Positions 59,050-64,000 of a DNA stretch of 64,000 nt are shown piece by piece. The translations under genes and the position numbers were made by a program. Positions within the stretch are counted from its first letter, which is position 1. Each line of letters opens with the position of its first letter. The notes under the pieces are model-generated. The model was given only the letters and a program-made list of their open reading frames with translations, made no database searches and had not been told where the DNA came from. Location: positions 3,782,001 to 3,846,000 of the forward strand of contig CATNEN010000024.1 of assembly GCA_950097015.1 (NCBI GenBank), read 5' to 3'. The stretch comes from Macrostomum hystrix. Lineage: Eukaryota > Animalia > Platyhelminthes.

Positions 59050-60050
59050 TGAAACATGGGGATGCGACATTTTATGGAATGACATTTTATGGAATGACAT
59101 TTTATGGAATGTAAAATTTGGGATGTAACATTTTAGGGAGTGTGAAATTTGGGGATGTGACATTTTAGGGAACGTAAAATTTTGGGATGTGACATTTTAG
59201 GGAATGGGAAATTTGGGATGTGACATTTTGAGGAATGTGAAACATGGGATGTGACATTTTAGGGAGTGTGAAATTTGGGGACGTGAAATTTTAGGGAGTA
59301 TGAAATTTGGGGATGTGACATTTTAGGGAATATGAAATTTGGGGATGTGACATTTTAGGGAATGTAAAATTTGGGGATGTGACATTTTAGGGAATATGAA
59401 ATTTGGGGATGTGAAATTTTAGTGAATGTAAAATTCGGGGATGTGACATTTTAGGGAATGTGAAACATGGGGATGTGACATATTAGGGAATGTGAAACAT
59501 GGGGATGTGACATATTAGGGAATGTGAAACATGGGGATGTGACATATTAGGGAATGTGAAACATGGGGATGTGACATATTAGGGAATGTAAAATTTGGGG
59601 ATGTGAAATTTTAGTGAATGTGAAATTCGGGGATGTGACATTTTAGGGAATGTAAAATTTGGGGACGTTAAATTTTAGGGAATTTAAAATTTGGGGATGT
59701 GACATTTTAGGGAATGTAAAATTTGGGATGTGACATATTAGGGAATGTGAAACATGGGGATGTGATATTTTAGGGAACGTAAAATTTTGGGATGTGACAT
59801 ATTAGGGAATGTGAAATTTGGGGATGTAATATTTTAGGGAATGTAAAATTTGGGATGTGACATTTTAGGGAATGTGAGATTTGGGATGTGAAATTTTAGG
59901 GAGTGTGAAATTCGGGGATGTGACATTTTAGGGAATGTGAGATTTGGGATGTGAAATTTTAGGGAGTGTGAAATTCGGGGATGTGACATTTTAGGGAATG
60001 TGAGATTTGGGATGTGACATCTTAGGGAGTGTGAAATTTAGGGACGTGAA
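59050..60050. repeat. Minisatellite, ~32-bp unit (GACATTTTAGGGAATGTGAAATTTGGGGATGT) containing TTAGGG
   Basis: About 30 heterogeneous units. Confidence 0.88.
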
Positions 60051-60783
60051 ATTTACGTAATGGGAAATTTCTATGTGGTTTTTAAGAATTTTAAGAAATA
60101 TGAATTTTGGGGATACAGTAGTGTTTCATATAAAAAAGAACGCTAGGAATGTTGAAATAAAACAAAAAGTGGGGCAGCCTACGGCCCAAACAGTAGGGGT
60201 GGTGGACTAAGGAAGATGACAGACATCCGTTATTTCCCACTCACTGTCAGTGTAATAATTCATATTCATCTGCAGCCACAATATGTGGGGCCGCATATCC
60301 GGTGCGCACGCCACGTTTTAAGTCCGAGACTATGACGAAAGGCTTAAGTTTGTGTTTTTCTTTCTTACAAAAATCACATGCACTTTATTTCTGAGTATAT
60401 GGCGCGCATGAGTTATTGACGCCACAGCCAGTTATTGGCAGCGGACTATATGGGTAATAAATCATTTCAGTGTTTCGATTTGCCGATTGAATGCGGCAAT
60501 CTGCTATGAATTATTGTCGAAAGCAAAGAAGCAACCAAAATAAGGACGATTAAATTTGACCCTGACTTGTTTATCTGATCAACATCAGGTCGATTTCCAT
60601 CGAGATTGACAGAAATATGATTCGGAATTTTATTGGCTTGGAATCAGAGTCTAAGCGAGGAAAGAATAGAATGTATAGTGCTAATATCCGGCTTAGTTAT
60701 TGGCTGCTGAATGCCATAGACTAAAATTGCCATAGACAAAAATGACACGCATTGTTAAAAGTTAAATCATATTATACGTTCCA

Positions 60784-61072
60784 GGGGGGTGACTGGAATA
60801 GCGTTAAAGCGTTCGTCTCTCGCACCAAGGTCCCTGAGCTCGATTCCACGGCGAGGCCAACCTCCAAGATACAGTGAAGTGTACACTGCCTGACGATGAG
60901 AAAGTCAGGGCAGATGTACACACCTGTGTGAGCGTGTGCCTGCGTACAGTATCTGTGTGCGTGTGTGCTCAGGAGTCAACGAAATGGGCAGAATTGCCTC
61001 ATCGCTGGCTGCAGGTCTAGTGTCACCAAGGGATGTGCCATAGCCCGCAGCCCTCCTGCAATTAATACTACT
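60784..61072 (+). mobile_element. SINE family A with a microhomology-bounded internal deletion
   Basis: Head and 3' body intact; the segment between GAGGCCA and GAGGGCCA of the consensus is missing. Confidence 0.85.
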
Positions 61073-61385
61073 ATGGTACGTTCCAGGCACCGGAAAGCAC
61101 AGATGAAGGAATGCTATACTATATATATACGATATAACACCAGCATTCGGTTCATTATTACCATATAGGTGTATTGCACTCTTTTTGTGTGTGCTTGGAA
61201 GTCAGCAGAATTGGCCTAAAACTGTTTTAGAAACCAAATAGCAATCACTAGCGCCAGATCTACAGCCATCCAAAAGCTGTGTAAAAAAGTTCAGTCCATG
61301 GACTGAGGATAGAAAAATCTTAAAAATGTCTAACCTATCGAATGCTCTTTAACTATCACAGTGTGCTTTAAAGTGCGCTCCCGGG

Positions 61386-62180
61386 TCAGCCGTCCGCCCC
61401 GCCGAGGCTCCAGTCCTCGCGTCGAACCGAATCTGGCGGCAGGCCGGCGGCCACGAGAGCTTCGCTGAGGTCCTCTGCCATGCCGGGCGGGCCGCACACG
61501 AAGGCCAGCCAGTTGTGGGCTGGCATCTGTTGCTTAGCAACCAGCTGACGAAGATAGTCCGAACGGATGCGACCGGTCTCGTATTGGCCAGACAGCTCGG
61601 ATGGTCCGGTGACGAACCAGCGGGCTTGGAGGCTCGGCCATTTGCGGCACTTGGCGGCCACAACGTCGCTGAAGGCGAGCTCTTCGACGCTGCGCGCCGA
61701 GTGCAGCAGGAGCGTCGGCGGCGGACTGGAAGTCGTCGACGACGATCTCGATGCCTCCTCGGCGCGTTGCAAGAAGATCGACATCAGCGGGCTGACCCCG
61801 ATGCCGCCGGCCACCAGCAGGAGCGGCCGGTCGGAATCAGCCGGCTCGACTACGCAGCGACCGCCGACACGCAGCTGAATTTCATCGCCCGGCTGGCAGG
61901 CCTCGTGAACCCAGCGGGCCGGTGCGGACCCGGGCGAACGTCGGACGGCGATCTCTAGGCAGCCGTCGGCGGCCAGGCGGGCCGGCGTCGAGCAGACGGA
62001 GAAGCCGCCCAGATCGGCAAGTCCGGGCGCGGCCAGGTCCAGCCACTGGCCGGGACGGAAGCTCAACGGCGCTGGCGTCGAGGCCGGCGAGATCTGGAGG
62101 GTCACGTGACGCACGCTGGGCGTGATCATGCGGACCGCGGCCACTACAGCCGGGTGGAACCGGCCGGCCTTGGCTGACAT
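61386..62180 (-). CDS. OXNAD1: Oxidoreductase NAD-binding domain-containing protein 1 (FNR-like FAD/NAD(P) reductase); the N-terminus may extend upstream of ATG 62180
   Basis: Motifs [80 protein letters not shown] follow the OXNAD1 order as I recall it. The reading frame is open from 62252. Confidence 0.9.
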   Translation of the reverse strand: MSAKAGRFHPAVVAAVRMITPSVRHVTLQISPASTPAPLSFRPGQWLDLAAPGLADLGGFSVCSTPARLAADGCLEIAVRRSPGSAPARWVHEACQPGDEIQLRVGGRCVVEPADSDRPLLLVAGGIGVSPLMSIFLQRAEEASRSSSTTSSPPPTLLLHSARSVEELAFSDVVAAKCRKWPSLQARWFVTGPSELSGQYETGRIRSDYLRQLVAKQQMPAHNWLAFVCGPPGMAEDLSEALVAAGLPPDSVRREDWSLGGADG

Positions 62181-62304
62181 GGATTCCTCGGTGGGCGGAG
62201 CTTCGCCTGGCTGCAACGGTTCAGCTGAACTGTCATTCTTAGAATAAGCCGATTACCCACATCTTGAAGCATCTCACAATCTCTGAACTGTGAGATAACC
62301 CATT

Positions 62305-62960
62305 CATGAAATCTTGGAATCCATTTATCAAATCATTGAATCAATTAATCAAATCATTAAATCCATTTATCAAATCATTGAATCAATTAATCAAATCATT
62401 AAATCCATTTATCAAATCATTGAATCAATTAATCAAATCATTAAATCCATTTATCAAATCATTGAATCCGTTTATCAAATCAATGAACCCGTTTATCAAA
62501 CCATTTAACCCGTTTATCAAACCATTGAACCCGTTTATCAAATCTTTAAATCCATATTCATCAAATCATCGAATCCTTTTATCAAATCATTTAACCCATT
62601 TATCAAATCTTGGAATCCATTTATCAAATCATTGAATCCGTTTATCAAATCGTTGAATCCGTTTATCAAATCATTTAACCCATTTATCAAATCACTGAAT
62701 CCGTTTATCAAACCGTTAAACCCTTTTATCAAACCATTGAACCCGTTTATCAAACCATTGAACCCGTTTATCAAACCATTTAACCCGTTTATCAAACCAT
62801 TGAACCCGTTTATCAAATCTTTAAATCCATATTCATCAAATCATCGAATCCTTTTATCAAATCATTTAACCCATTTATCAAATCTTGGAATCCATTTATC
62901 AATTCATTGAAACCGTTTATCAAATCATTGAACCCATTTATCAAATCATTGAATCAATTT
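62305..62960. repeat. Minisatellite, 21-bp unit (AATCCATTTATCAAATCATTG), with an internal ~140-bp block duplication
   Basis: Block ~62488-62626 recurs at ~62762-62900; immediately upstream of OXNAD1. Confidence 0.9.
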
Positions 62961-63824
62961 ATCAAATCATTCAATCTATTTTTTAATCACTGAATTTTTA
63001 ACGTCATTTTATGACACCGTCAAATCTTCGTTTTTATTCTTCCGTCAAACTCCATAATTTCATAGATTCCTCACACACGAATTCGAACTCGGGACCAAAA
63101 AGAATTGAATCTTTGGATGACAATAGCATGGCAACTATATGTCATTTAGCAGAGGCTTTTTCGAGAAAGATTAGATAAAAATCATAAGAGCGTACAAAAT
63201 AGTATTAGGCAAATTGACGGTAAGGCAATGCTGAGGCGTACGAAATCCTTTAAATAGCAGGTAATAAAAAAAAGCGGCAAAAATATATCGTATCATAAAG
63301 CCATATCAATCGATTCAGGCAAATGCATAGAATGAAAAAATCTACCTAAACAGGCCTATTTGATTCGCCAATCTACACTGGGCAATCAGACCAGGCAGTC
63401 TTAGAGCGGAAAACCAAGTCGATATTGCATCAAACAGACAAGCGCATCTTTGTATGCTATTAATATTCCTTTGATAAATTAATCTGGTATTTAAATTACA
63501 CTGCCAAAGAAGGCGCGGCTCAAGCGTATGAAAAGGATACGCGCAATTAAAATAAAAGAATTCGACTAACGGTAAAACAAGTCCAGGATCCTACAAAAGA
63601 GTACCCGCGTGATTGCATGACTTCACGTCTTAGTTTGAGGAAGAAGGAAGACATAGCTTTGAACTAAAAATAACTCAATTCAAATGAGTTCTCAGAATTT
63701 TGTCCGTAAAACAATTTCCTTTGGCGTCTTTAAGCTGAAAAAAGAACTGCCTCAGTTTAAGGATGCACCGTTGAGAATGGGAGCGATTGAATAGAATCGG
63801 CTCAAATTAACAATAGGACTACCA

Positions 63825-64000
63825 AGCCAATTTGCCGCCCGTTTGTATACTAAGGGGGGATTCCGCCTCCTGAAATTTTTTGGCAGTGCCCGAATGCTAA
63901 CAGCGTTGGGTGGTGACTGATTGGTTGACAGACTAGACGATGGTGTACACTGTAATGTGGTGGAGCTGCGCCTAATATTTTGGCTTGATCAGTGAAATTA
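63825..64000 (+). repeat. Dispersed repeat, copy 2 (runs off window end)
   Basis: Collinear similarity to 22370-22530 with a ~30-bp insertion. Confidence 0.6.

Noticed and set aside
61386-62216. Bacterial contamination or horizontal transfer suggested by GC-rich intronless ORFs
   Set aside because: They are embedded among host SINEs and satellites, their GC content matches the spliced NWD exons, and the motifs fit eukaryotic OXNAD1 and GPCR families.
10968-62910. Long low-complexity ORFs (e.g. 10968-11956, 19142-19696, 32104-33218, 34296-34817, 35545-37166, 50503-52056, 53600-55933, 56564-57201, 62306-62910)
   Set aside because: Each coincides with a tandem array whose unit lacks stops in some frames; several overlap on both strands or lie in introns.

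Overview
Eukaryotic (metazoan) genomic DNA: GC-rich exons separated by AT-rich, repeat-filled introns. The style suggests an invertebrate, plausibly a free-living flatworm such as Macrostomum; this is inference only. By manual splice-phase checking I reconstructed six protein-coding genes: (1) a 3-Ig-domain single-pass adhesion protein (+, 2456-17903, 5' end not found); (2) TMED7-like p24 cargo receptor (-); (3) an SLC16/MCT-type MFS transporter (-); (4) a ~1930-aa NWD1/NWD2-like NACHT-WD40 protein (-); (5) an intronless class A GPCR (+); (6) OXNAD1 (-). There is also an unresolved small-exon cluster at ~56-57.3 kb. About 14 kb (roughly a fifth of the window) is some twenty different minisatellite arrays, which explain almost all long low-complexity ORFs. 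Mobile elements include two tRNA-derived SINE families (one with a MIR-like CORE domain), three hAT-type MITE insertions with intact 8-bp TSDs, and a ~1-kb element with ~160-bp inverted arms. I found no prokaryotic system, CRISPR array, rRNA or genuine tRNA gene. The most unusual signals concern repeats and splicing: nearly every NWD intron carries its own private minisatellite, one of which forms a ladder of in-frame 5' splice sites, and the Ig gene stalk appears to be built from symmetric cassette/micro-exons. These are hypotheses from sequence reading, not demonstrated systems.
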